A stretch of DNA of 64,000 nt from Eledone cirrhosa (lineage: Eukaryota): the NCBI GenBank assembly GCA_964016885.1, contig OZ024756.1:38440001-38504000 (forward strand), in the 5' to 3' direction. Numbering within the stretch: the stretch's first letter is position 1; every line of letters begins with the position of its first letter. A program made the position numbers and the translations under genes. This document shows, one piece after another, positions 12,794 to 25,844 of this stretch. The notes beneath the pieces were generated by a model. It searched no databases. It worked only from the letters and a program-made list of their open reading frames with translations, and was not told the DNA's origin.

Positions 12794-12948
12794 TTCATTA
12801 TTTAACGATCGTTTCTAGGATATATATGTGTTAGAATTGGTATGCATATTCAACAGATCTATGTACAAAATTATACAAAATTATACAAATTATCAAGATT
12901 AAATATACATACCAAACACATATATACGCCGTCTTCAGAAATAATGAA
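12794..12948 (-). ncRNA. type I hammerhead ribozyme motif with extended stem II
   Basis: ttcattattt-CTGAAGA-long hairpin-GAAA-cgatcg-TT-aaataatgaa. Perfect 10-bp stem I and a palindromic minimal stem III. Confidence 0.8.
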
Positions 12949-13499
12949 GTATATTTATTGATAATAACAACAATTTCAGTTCAAAATTGACCAATGAAAA
13001 CACAAAGGGTTAAATGCAGTTCGGTGTGTGTATATACATGTAAAACCCTTACACATATTTTACAAAAATGTATGTATAATTTGTATACGCATACTAAAAG
13101 GATGGATGCAAATACAAAATTTCAAGGTTAATGTCTCTGTAAGCTTACAATGCGCAGATAAGATGCGCATTGATACTTATGAAGTCAAGTATATAAATAT
13201 ATTTTTTCATACTCACACATATCAGTACAATCACACATACACGCGCGTATATGCATAAATATACACATAACCACGAACATACAAACACACACACACCCCC
13301 ACTCACATTTATATATGTGGATATAAAATCATAAGCACATGGATATTAATTCACTCACATAAAACACTGGCACACACATTTCTAGATCAAGATACAGAAA
13401 TTAGGTGGGAGGGGGGGGAGGGGTCAGTATTCAACTGTCTGAGCAGACTGCCTAATATAAATGTATCTATAAATTAAGAAAAATAAAAAAATAAAACAA

Positions 13500-13765
13500 T
13501 AAAATATAATAAATATAATATAATATACATACACATACAGATATATACACATACATACATGTACACACACATAGAAATATTTACGCATACACACATACAC
13601 ACATACATATACAGTCATACACACACATACACCTAGACGAACATACACATACACATATATAAAGATATATATATACACACACACACACACGCAACACATA
13701 CACACATACACATATATATAAAAAATAAATAATAAAGATATATACATATATATATATACACACGC

Positions 13766-13798
<33 letters not shown>

Positions 13799-13883
13799 CA
13801 CACACATACATCTAAATATACATACACATACATACATACATACATGTACATACATGTACATACATATACGTACATCGATATAC

Positions 13884-13914
<31 letters not shown>

Positions 13915-14513
13915 TAGACATATAGATACATACACACACAACTTACATACACACATATATATATATACACATGTATATTCATACATAGAATTAGATATAT
14001 AATCATACATACATATGCACTTACTTATACTCATATATACAAATACATACGCATCCATATATGCGTATATACATAAAGAACCACTACAACCTCACCTAAC
14101 TCAGACATACAAATAAAAATAATAATAAAAAAAAGGCATATGTATATACATACACACACGCATTAATAGAGATATATATATACACACATACATACACATA
14201 TATATATATATATATATACACATATATATATATATATATACACACACATACACTCATACATATATATATATATATATATACACATAGATATCCACACACT
14301 CATACCATCATAAATACACATACAAACACCCACATATACATATATATATACACGTATATATATATATATATATATACACACACATAAAAAAACAGACATG
14401 CACATATATATATATTTTTTTACACTTATATATACACATATTATATACACATACACAACCTCACTTATACACACATACACATAAGTTATATTATAATAAT
14501 AAAGAATAATATA

Positions 14514-14551
<38 letters not shown>

Positions 14552-14641
14552 CATACATACATACATATACATACATACATATAAACATATACATACATAA
14601 ATACACACATACGAATATAGACATATATTCACACATAGACA

Positions 14642-14705
<64 letters not shown>

Positions 14706-15200
14706 TACATATACACAGACACATATACACACTCACATATATACATGTGTGTGTGTGCACACACACATATATACACACACACACACATATACACATAAAC
14801 ACATACATATGCATACATGCACACACACACACATATATCACATAGATACGAAGATAAACATATAAATAGAGAGACATACATATATATACAACACACATAC
14901 ACACACATACATACACACGCATATACATATACATATATATATACATATATATATTCCTATATATACATGCATACACACATATACACATATATACACATAC
15001 ATACACATATACGTACACACATTCACATACACATACATATATAATGCATATATACACATATATACATACATATACACACTCATATATACACACGCAATCT
15101 TACATTCATATTTGCATGCGCATATATGTATTTTTATATTTAGATATAAATACCCAAACCTATATAGACACCTACCTACATATATATTCATACATAGACG
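13500..15200. repeat. degenerate (CA)/(TA)/(CATA) compound microsatellite region
   Basis: Low-complexity sequence visible directly. Confidence 0.95.
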
Positions 15201-15832
15201 CTTACAAATACAGATGATAATAGTATGGGGGAAAGGGGGGGTTTGGAGAAGGGGATCAAAGTAAATATATGTTTCAAGAGACATAGAATATTTTCCGTAT
15301 TTTTATCCAATGTATGTTCTTACATATTTTCAGTGTTAGGAAATACAACAAACAAGAACTAAGGCAAAATCTATGCATCTCAAAATAAATAAGTATACCA
15401 TTAATCATATGTTAACTAAACCAAAGATAGTCAACATATTGATTTCTAAGGTGTAAATTAGTTAGGTTTATAATATTTGAAGCAGAATTTTGAAGTTAAA
15501 CAGTAGTAGATTATTAATTACAGTATAACTAAATTAAAGTTAATAACGTTATGGTATCAATATTAGGAAATGAATTTAGTAATAGGGAAAAAAAAACCCA
15601 AATAAAAATAAAATAAAGTATTACATCGGTAGTAGAATATAAATTATATGTTAACTAAATTAAAAATTATATATTTATTTCAATAGTATATGTTAATTAG
15701 GTATACAATACATAAAGCAGATATTGTATTTCATCAATAGCATAATATAATTATATGCAAATAGAAATCAAAATTAATACGCATACATATACATATACAT
15801 ACACATACACATATACATATATATACACACAA

Positions 15833-15871
<39 letters not shown>

Positions 15872-16394
15872 TACATACATACACATATACATACACACAC
15901 ACACATACACATACACATATACATATACATATCTTTTTCAAAAAATTGCATAGAATATATTAACTAGGTATATATCCAAAACACATCCCATTCTATGATT
16001 ACATGACATTCTGCAATTCGTCTGTATAAGGATACTAATTTTAAGCAAATTAAAATTAAAATTTTTAGGTTGATTAAAATTAAAACCAAATAATAAATAT
16101 ATTTCTAAAATGTATATTAATTAGGTCTATAATACTAAAAATTATTTCTCTGTCATTGGATACACGATATTATTTTGTTATATTTTATCTGTAAAAGAAT
16201 TATAATAAAAGGTTTAAATAAATTAAAATTAATCTATAAATTAAATTACTAAGTATATATTAGTAATATTTAAAGGTTTTTCACAATTTATGATTACATA
16301 ATATTTTATATTCTCATCTGTAATAAAATATTAATTAAATTAAATTTATAGGTTAACTAACATTTAAATTAAATTAATTTCTAAAATAATGTTA

Positions 16395-17747
16395 TTAATT
16401 AGGTTTATAATATTTAAATGTTTTTTTTAGTTTATGATTACACGATATAATTAATTCCTGTCGTTTATTTAATAAGATATCCCTAGACTTCATTATTTCA
16501 AATAGTTCTTGGGAACATAATCTACATTCATTTCTATTATTTTGATAAGGGGTGGCTCTTTTGAGCACACTCCAGGTCAAATCATATTTTATATTCTTAT
16601 TTTTATAACTATTGATTTTTTCTGCTAGAGATGTTGTATTAGCCAGTGCGGCATTTTTAAAACTATGCTTGTGGGTATTAAACCTTGTCTTAAAATTGTT
16701 AGAGGTAGCTCCTATATATGAGCAAATAGAATCTTTAGTTTTAACATTACATTTATAGACTATGTTGTTAACAAGACAATTCCCTTTTAATGGGCAGTTT
16801 GCTTTGTTTCTACAGTTACATCCTTTCGTTAATTCTGTATTTGAGGAGATATTATGGTTAATTTGATGTACTGGTGGTATACTTATGGTTTTCTTACATT
16901 TATATGCATTATATGCACTTATATTTTGTTTTATGTTATTTGTTGTAGAGTATGAGAATTTAACTGTAGACCTATTTAAGATTTGATGGTATTTGTGGTT
17001 TGGCGGGAATTTTTTCTCAAGGATATAAAAAAATTTTTTAGCAATATTATCCTTAACTTGTAAATTAAAAGGAGCATTATACCAAGTAACACGTCTATTA
17101 CGGTTTCTATGTTGTTTATTATTTTTATTATTTTTATAGGTTGTATCGTGATTTTTACTAGGAGGATTAATGTTAATGATCACACCACAACTATTTTTAG
17201 TTATATTTGTAGATTTAGGTGTTTTATCCTTTTTATTAGGAGTTTTATTATTAATATTTATTATAGTTGTATGATGAGTAGTTTTTTGAGAGTTACTATA
17301 CTTTATATTAGAAGATTTAGTATTTTGGGGTATAGTGTGGGTGGCATTTAGGTGTGTACTTTTCATTTGGTGTTTGTTGGTAATATTATGTTGTATGCTT
17401 TCAGTATTTTTAGTAGAAGGTATATACTCTAATCTATTTTTGTGGCCACTTCTATCTAGAGCTTCGTTATAGAAGGTCGCATTTTTATCAAATACATCTT
17501 GGTTAGAAGAAAGGTTAGAAATTCTAAGTGATATATTATATGCAAGGTTTTTAAGGATAGATTTAGGGTGATTAGATTGTGAGTGTATGTAATGTAAGTT
17601 TTGGTTAGGTTTATGGTAAGGTTGGTAGATACCCGTAGCTAAATCTAAAGTTATATCTAGGAAATTTACTACTTTACTTGTTTTTTCAAAAGTAATATTA
17701 AGATTATAATAGTCTTTAAGGAAAGTTCTAATATGTTTTTTGTTTTT
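16395..17747 (-). mobile_element. 5'-truncated Penelope-like retroelement ORF (RT C-terminus/thumb plus GIY-YIG endonuclease), probably Naiad clade
   Basis: The frame is open from 17747, upstream of the listed ATG. It reads VVNFLDITLDL..YHKPN..YIHSQSNHP (RT end/thumb), WYNAPF, CNCRNKANCPLKGNC (CxCx5Cx5C), IVYKCNV...YIGAT..FKTRFNTH (GIY-YIG), CRLC..E and LLNKRQEL..C.H. Confidence 0.9.
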
Positions 17748-17927
17748 TTATATATATATATATATCCATCCTCATCAGATAAAATAAGATGATGCATGAC
17801 ATATCCTGACATAGTAGATGGTTAAGACTCAGTCATGGTAGTGAGTAATATATGACAAAACTCAATATTTATATACCTTAATATTGAGAACATTCTTTGA
17901 TTTATTCATTGAACCTTGTTTAACTTT

Positions 17928-17966
<39 letters not shown>

Positions 17967-18342
17967 CAGCTGTAGAAATGAGATGATAGGGACTGGGGTC
18001 CCTATCATTCCACTGCTAAGTGGTCGTGGAGGTGCCACGGCAAAAAAGCACCCACCACTCACTGTAAATGAGGTTGGTGTTAGGAAGGGCATCCAGCTGT
18101 AGAAATCAAGCCAGAATCAGTTCCCGTCCCACCCTTGCAAGCAGGGAAAAGCGGACGTAAAATGAAATATATAAATATATATATCAGAAACAGTCCTATA
18201 TGAGCGAGTAGCGGTCACCCAATCCAACTTGCCTCCAAATGGGACAAACCCGTCTAACCCATGCTACTGTGGAAGATAGATGTTAAACGATGATGATGAT
18301 GATATAGTGTTTACTTTATGTGTATATATATATATATATATA

Positions 18343-19082
18343 TAAATGTAATCTAAGTTTTTCGAATATTAATAATAACATTCGATTCATTTGCAATTAT
18401 GCAAACAAGCCTCAATTTCATAGCCATGTCAGTGGCTCAATTTTATAGCCATGCCAGTGGCTCAATTTTATAGCCATGTCAGTGGCTCAATTTTATAGCC
18501 ATGTCAGTGGCTCAATTTCATAGCCATGTCAGTGGCTCAATTTTATAGCCATGTCAGTGGCTCAATTTTATAGCCATGTCAGTGGCTCAATTTTATAGCC
18601 ATGTCAGTGGCTCAATTTCATAGCCATGTCAGTGGCTCAATTTTATAGCCATGTCAGTGGCTCAATGTCATAGCCATGTCAGTGGCTCAATTTTATAGCC
18701 ATGTCAGTGGCTCAATGTCATAGCCATGTCAGTGGCTCAATTTTATAGCCATGTCAGTGGCTCAATTTCATAGCCATGTCAGTGGCTCAATTTTATAGCC
18801 ATGTCAGTGGCTCAATTTTATAGCCATGTCAGTGGCTCAATTTCATAGCCATGTCAGTGGCTCAATTTCATAGCCATGTCAGTGGCTCAATTTTATAGCC
18901 ATGTCAGTGGCTCAATTTTATATCCATGTCAGTGACTCAATTTTATAGCCATGTCAGTGGCTCAATTTTATAGCCATGTCAGTGGCTCAATTTTATAGCC
19001 ATGTAAAATTGAGGCTTGTTTGCATAATTGCAAACGAATCAAATGTTATTATTAATATTCGAAAAACTCAGATTACATTTAT
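18343..19082. mobile_element. foldback/MITE-like element: about 76-bp inverted repeats enclosing about 24 copies of a 25-bp unit
   Basis: 18343-18418 is the reverse complement of 19006-19082 with about 3 mismatches. Internal unit atagccatgtcagtggctcaatttt. Confidence 0.9.
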
Positions 19083-19142
19083 TGTATTCAGCCATGTAGA
19101 GCGAAATTTTCTTTTTTATATATATATATGTGTGTGTGTATG

Positions 19143-19175
<33 letters not shown>

Positions 19176-19549
19176 GTGTGTGTATATATGTATATATATA
19201 TATGGATATATACCCTTGCAAGCAGGGAAAAGCAGACGTAAAATGATGATAATGATATATATATATATATATATAATGGATATATATATATATATATATA
19301 TATATCTGTGTATGTATCATATATGCATAAAAAGACAACATTACATTGGAGAAAAGGTTAATGATTGCATGCTGTTGGTTCTATTTATAGTTTAGTTTGG
19401 CACCAAACATAATAACAGGAGAGTTGTCATCCACCATTTCAACCATTTCCAGATCATTCTAGATTAAATGTCTTGTCCTGCTCTGCTACACCCCCCCTCT
19501 CACTCTCTCTCACTTTCTCCTTTTTTCTCCCTCACTTGCTCTCCCTTTC

Positions 19550-19601
<52 letters not shown>

Positions 19602-19610
19602 TATGTATTA

Positions 19611-19645
<35 letters not shown>

Positions 19646-20339
19646 GACCATATACATACATATATACATATATACAAACATATATATGCTGCTGCAAACA
19701 TTCCTGTGAGTTAACCACCCTGCCAGTGTTGTTCACTGTAGGTCAGTTGGTTTGGTCGGTGTATAGTGAGGGGGGGGGGGGGGCAGTGTTTGTCTGCTTA
19801 GCTTGGTTAATTTTGTTGTTGTTGTGTATTTTATTAAATCAACATACCAGCACACACACACACACATAAGCATAGTAAGGCAATACTCTCTGCTGTTGCT
19901 GTTGTTGTTGTACACATCAAATGTGAAATGACTATCTTATTTGGAAAAAAATATCAGGTTTAACCCTTTAGCATTCACATTACTCTATAGTCACTATTCT
20001 ATTTTCGCAATAAAGGCTTTATCTTACATATAACCTCACATAATATCGAATCTATGAGATTTTGATATTATTTATTTTGAGAACAATACCTTAACATTGG
20101 TATGAGTGGTTAGTTAGGTCCGATTTGAACAGAAAGAGGTGAGAAAATTCTGGCTGGATATTGCAAAAGGGTTAAATGCTAAAGGATAAAGGTAGGAAGC
20201 CCAAGTGGACCTTAAAAAGTGTTGTTGTGGAAGGTTCTGCAGGAGTATAGGATCAACAAACAATTTCTTGTTGACTTGCAGTCCCTGTATGAATGCCCTA
20301 GTATCTATGTATGGATAAATGGGGCTTAACTGAAGCCAT

Positions 20340-21027
20340 TTAACCCTTTAGCATTTAAACTGGCCATATCCAGCCAGTGATCTGTCACTTCTTTCTGTTC
20401 AAACTGGCCATAACTGGCCACTCATAATATCAAGGATAAGGTATTGTTCTCAAAATAAATATCAAAATCTCATAGATTCGATATTATGTGAGATATTATG
20501 TAAGATAAAGCCTTTACCACAAAAATACAATAGTATATATAGAGTAATCTAAATATTATGTAAGATATTATGTAAGATAAAGCCTTTACCACAAAAATAC
20601 AATAGTATATATAGAGTAATCTAAATATTATGTAAGATATTATGTAAGGTAAAGCCTTTACCACACAAATACAATAGTATATATAGAGTAATGTAAATAT
20701 TATGTAAGATATTATGTAAGGTAAAGCCTTTACCACAAAAATACAATAGTATATATAGAGTAATGTAAATATTATGTAAGATATTATGTAAGGTAAAGCC
20801 TTTACCACAAAAATACAATAGTATATATAGAGTAATGTAAATATTATGTAAGATATTATGTAAGGTAAAGCCTTTACCACAAAAATACAATAGTATATAT
20901 AGAGTAATGTAAATATTATGTAAGATATTATGTAAGGTAAAGCCTTTACCACAAAAATACAATAGTATATATAGAGTAATGTAAATATTATGTAAGATAT
21001 TATGTAATGTAAATGGTAAAGAGTTAA
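20340..21027. repeat. piggyBac-like MITE with an internal 72-bp tandem expansion (about 7 copies)
   Basis: Starts ttaaccctttagcatttaaactggcc and ends aaagagttaa. A 72-bp subterminal unit is repeated over about 20485-21015 (24-aa periodicity in the ORF track). Confidence 0.9.
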
Positions 21028-22642
21028 AGTGCATATTGGATTCCTTCAAGAGTGTGTACTGTCAACTCTTCTGTTCATTATCTTTATAGAAACTAACATT
21101 GCTTATTTAACTCTTTAGCATTTACATTACTTTTTATTTACTACTGTATTTTCACAGTAAAGGTTTTATCTCACAAAATTATTTCACATAATATCGAATC
21201 TATGAGATTTTGATATTATTTGTTTTGAGAACAATACCTTAACCCTTTAGCATTTACATTACTCTATATATACTGTTGTATTTTCATGGTAAAGGCTTTA
21301 CCTCACATACTTATCTCACATAATATCAAATCTATGAGATTTTGATATTATTTGTTTTGAGAACAATACCGTAACGTTAGTATAAGCGCCCGGTTATGGC
21401 CGGTTTGAACAGGAAGAGGTGAGAGAATTCCTAAGTCATTGTATTTATAATAACCTTATAGCTAGAAGGATGTGTATATGAGGTTGATTTATGGGCAGCC
21501 ATGTGGATATCATCTCCCAGGAAGCTGGGGTCACAGGTGAAGTAGTATGTACGTTAATCATCGTTGTCTTTTGATAAGACAATGGTGGGAACCTTCAACA
21601 ATAGATGATCCCAGAGGCGAGAAACCTCAGATTTGGTTTTGAATCTTTGCTGGTAAAATATAGGATGATTCCGTTATATATATCTATGTATATATATACA
21701 CTTTGTTTTTTTGCGTTTGTTATAAGATCATGTGTTGTTATACTTTGGGAGTGTATATAATGATTAGTTTAATAACCAGATGGTTATTTAATTATCATAT
21801 TTAATTGTCAAACATTCTGTGACATTCTAGGAAGTTTAGGAACTTCTCTTGTCTCACACATTGGTGCATGTGTGTGTACTTAAAGCATAGTATGTTGTTC
21901 TACATGGATATAAAGTGTCTTGCTCAAGGACACAACGCACCAACCATTAGATTAAACAAAGTCATAATAATTTTGTGCCCATATATTTGATGATAATTAA
22001 AGAAAATACGGAAGAAAATTATTGTAATTGATTTAAATATATGTAAAATGAAATATAGTGATGGCCAGAGTGAGTGACAAAAGGGAGAAAGTTGTAAACA
22101 AAGAATTATTTAATTACATATTTTTGACGGGTACTATGCTAATATATATATATAAAAGGTATATATTAAGTTAGAAACTCAAAATAGTCGCTTACAATTA
22201 AATAGCTCAAAAAAAAAGGTTTTTCTGAGCCGTATAATATAATTGAATATAACAGAGAGATAAACACAGATATATAGATATGTGTTCAAATCGGGTGTTT
22301 GGCAGTTGCCCAATTTCGGTTTGTATTTATTTTCTTGATTTATTATTTTAAATTGAGTTTGGCAAACTCTATTGTTAATAGTTAGTATTTTTTTCACCCT
22401 AGCGAATCTGGTCCCTTACGATTTGAACACATATATCTATATATCTGTGTTTATCTCTCTTTTATATTCAATTATATATATATGTATATATATATAAACA
22501 ATAAGTTATTTAATTTGTTGATTATTCAACAAAGTTAATTTATAACAGATTAGAAGCACTCAATAGGATTCTTCTGGAGTATAATATCAATAATATTAAT
22601 AAATATGGTTTTATAAAGATAGTCTCCATTTATTAATATTAT

Positions 22643-22678
<36 letters not shown>

Positions 22679-22776
22679 GAAGTATTTCCGTCGGAAAGGT
22701 ACAGGAAAAAAGAGTGCTCTATGTAGGCTACAGAGCTTATTAGTTATGTAATAAACAATAACAATAAGATAATTAT

Positions 22777-22837
22777 TTCATTTACCAGTGGTTTCTTGAA
22801 GGCAGATGTTATGTCTGTCTTCAGTCGTCAGAATGAA
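22777..22837 (-). ncRNA. type I hammerhead ribozyme motif
   Basis: ttcatt-CTGACGA-ctgaagacaga...tctgccttcaa-GAAA-ccactgg-TA-aatgaa. Confidence 0.72.
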
Positions 22838-22906
22838 TAAATTACATGGTGTTTTTATTAAATATATATTATATATATATAATGAATTTGACATATGTCG
22901 TTGCCA

Positions 22907-23106
22907 NNNNNNNNNNNNNNNNNNNNNNNNNNNNNNNNNNNNNNNNNNNNNNNNNNNNNNNNNNNNNNNNNNNNNNNNNNNNNNNNNNNNNNNNNNNNNN
23001 NNNNNNNNNNNNNNNNNNNNNNNNNNNNNNNNNNNNNNNNNNNNNNNNNNNNNNNNNNNNNNNNNNNNNNNNNNNNNNNNNNNNNNNNNNNNNNNNNNNN
23101 NNNNNN
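22907..23106. other. assembly gap (200 N)
   Basis: Exactly 200 Ns. The round number suggests a scaffolding placeholder of unknown true size. Confidence 1.
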
Positions 23107-23376
23107 ACACCAACCACATTTACAGTGTGGACTGGGAGCCTTTTCACCGTGTCTCCTACACGGCCACCTTACAGTGTGGACTGTTGTGTCATTGACACAG
23201 ATGTGTGTGTATGTGTATATATATACACACACACACACAGAAAGAGTGAGTAGATAAACATCATCATCATCGTTTAACGTCCATCTTCCACGCTTGCATG
23301 GGTTTGGATATATGGTACAATATCTGTGTGGAGACCAGCCAAATTCAACAAAAACTAGCCATGACCAGCAACTGAC

Positions 23377-23550
23377 CTTTGTGAAGTGGAACTGAAGAGG
23401 GTCATCTGTAGAGATAGAAACATTGAGTCCTCGGGCAAAATATTCCGGTAAAGGATTTCTGTGATAATTCAAGAAAAGTGAATTGTTGCTGAGTGGTGAC
23501 ATGGCAATACCAATCTGGGCAAGATAGTAGAGGTACTGAAGTACTGGAAC
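23377..23550 (-). CDS. AMPD2: AMP deaminase exon with the STDDP signature (last exon identified)
   Basis: cag|[58 protein letters not shown]|gtcagt, 174 nt. Confidence 0.98.
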
Positions 23551-24397
23551 CTGGGGAGAAACAAAAAAGGGAGATTAACTTTAGCTCTTTTGATACCAAA
23601 CCTGGCCAAAACCAGTTCTGGTTCTATGAAACAAAACCACTCTTTTTAACCCTTTAGCATTTACATTAATCTATATTTACTATTGTATTATATATATACT
23701 ATATATAGTAACAATAATAAATGTGAAGATCCCGATAAGAGTGAAAGCAGCGATTCTTTGCTTAAACTTTAATCTGTTATTTTAATAAATAATTAATACT
23801 ATATATATACATTGAAAGAGTGAAGAATCGGCTGTACAAAAAGGCCTTTAGACTCACCTGATCAATGAAACAATTGTTAATACTGTAAATAAAACCCTTT
23901 TTGTACTGTCGACCATGTTATTCTTCACTCTTTCACTATTATTACTCCAAGAATCGCTGACAGGTATTCTCGTAAACTTGCCACCTAACTAAGGAAACTT
24001 GTTGAGTCAAACAATGACGTACGTTAAAAACTATCCACAGTACAGAGTACTCACAACCTCTAACTGGATTACCTAAAATGATACCATGTTATCCTATATA
24101 TATATATATCTGTGTGTGTGTATGTATATGCAAATAAAACTTGATTGTCCTAACCCATAAACTAAGCTCTCAGAAAATACCATAAACCAACCCCCAACCC
24201 ACATCTCGTAAACCAACCATCGGAATGGTGAAGACAGACATTATCAAGCTGCGGCTGTCATATTACCTAGTTTCTGTATAATAAACCTTTTATCTGATGC
24301 AATCGGCCACGCTCCACCCGTTCCTTGCATGTGTTCAAATATAAATGTATGTATATATCTATGTAAATTATATATGCAAATGAGAGTGCTTTGTTAC

Positions 24398-24518
24398 CTT
24401 TCTAAGGACCAGTCCATGAGCAATGCTTTCACTGAGCAGATAGCCAGCCACTAAGTGGGTCACATTACCGGCTTCTCCACAGTGAGGTCGTAGAACAAAT
24501 GTATTGAAACCACGCTCT
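24398..24518 (-). CDS. AMPD2: AMP deaminase exon with the catalytic HCGEAG motif
   Basis: [40 protein letters not shown]|gtaaca, 121 nt. Confidence 0.98.
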
Positions 24519-24888
24519 CTGAAACAACATAAAGTGAAAATATAATGCATGAAAAATTTAACCTTTTTGATACAAGACTCTCTCCTAGTTCGATGATGTT
24601 TGTTTTAAAGTGTTTATATTTATATTAAAAACCTTCCACCATAATTTTATGTAATAACTGTTCTTCCAAGCATCGGTTTAATAATAAAAATCAGTCATAT
24701 TACTAAATACCTTCAAATTCTTGCTTATTTTCAAAATTTTTCAAAAATGAAAGGCAATGTCTTTCATTAGAAACATAGTAACAAAGGAGTTAATCACCTT
24801 TAAGTTAATCACTCACTTAATTCTGCCAACCCACCACCCATGTCTATTATATATATATAGTCACAATAAACAATGGTATAAAGCTCAC

Positions 24889-25052
24889 CTGCGGAATTGA
24901 TTGAGGACGGTCATGTTAGCAAACATATAATACAGGTAGTAGTTGTAAGGTGGATTGTCTTCGTTGGTCCAGTTTTCGGGGTAAGGACTGTCAGCATCAA
25001 AAACCAGATGCTCGGATTTAGACTCGTCGTCCACTGAATCAAAACCTGAAAC
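24889..25052 (-). CDS. AMPD2: AMP deaminase exon (phase 0 to 2)
   Basis: tag|[15 protein letters not shown]...[28 protein letters not shown](R)|gtgagc, 164 nt. Confidence 0.98.
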
Positions 25053-25492
25053 CTATGGAAATGGAGGTTAAGAATTCAAAATAGCAAGAAATATTTACAG
25101 TTAAATAATAATGAAAATTATTGTGTAGTGCTCAGGTGCACTGCAACTAATAAAAGGTGCATGTATAGTACATAGAATAATGTACAAATGTCAGGAAAGT
25201 GGACAGTGTATGAGTCATGATATACACAAAGACACACACATACATGCGTGCTCTAGTATGGTTGTAGTTGAATGATAAAAACTAGTAAAAAGGTACTGGG
25301 GTCGATATGATCGACTAAACCTCTTCAAAGCAGTACCCCAGCATGGTTACAATCTAATGACTGAAACCAGTAAAAAGGTACAGGGGTCGATATATTTAAC
25401 TGTATCCCTTCAAGGTGGTGCACTCGCATGGTTGCGAATGAGTGAAACCAGTAAAAGATATAGAAGAGTTTTAAAGTAGAGGGTGTACTTAC

Positions 25493-25619
25493 ATACTGAA
25501 GGAAAGCATGCAGTTGTGGGTAACTCTTAGGATCATTGGTAGCAGCAAACAATGGTTCAAATATGTTCTCGATGATCTGTTGAAAGTTGGTCACTAACTT
25601 CTTGGAAAGATACACATCA
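25493..25619 (-). CDS. AMPD2: AMP deaminase exon (phase 2 to 0)
   Basis: DVYLSKKLVTNFQQIIENIFEPLFAATNDPKSYPQLHAFLQY|gtaagt, 127 nt. Confidence 0.98.
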
Positions 25620-25844
25620 CTGACAGAAGAAACAGACAAGAAATATAACATTAGAATATACACCATTGGTATATATATATATATAACTGGAATATATACA
25701 TCATTAGATTATACATCATTGGAATAAATATACCATTGGTATATTTAGTATATATACATATATACCATTCGAATATATATACCATTGGAATATATACATT
25801 AGATTATACATCATTGGAATATATATATATATAGTTGGAATCAT

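Noticed and set aside
16395-17747. Selenocysteine recoding, as reported for some Naiad elements
   Set aside because: No in-frame TGA in the visible ORF. All the conserved positions are ordinary Cys codons, and I could not identify a SECIS.
21554-21649. Possible terminal AMPD exon (QRFKTKSEVSRLWDHLLLKVPTIVLSKDNDD*)
   Set aside because: It has an acceptor-like site but no AMPD similarity, and adjacent sequence resembles 42230-42270, suggesting a repeat. It cannot be supported without RNA data.
22778-23502. ORFs spanning the X run
   Set aside because: Artefacts of translating through the N gap. Only 23377-23550 is a real exon.
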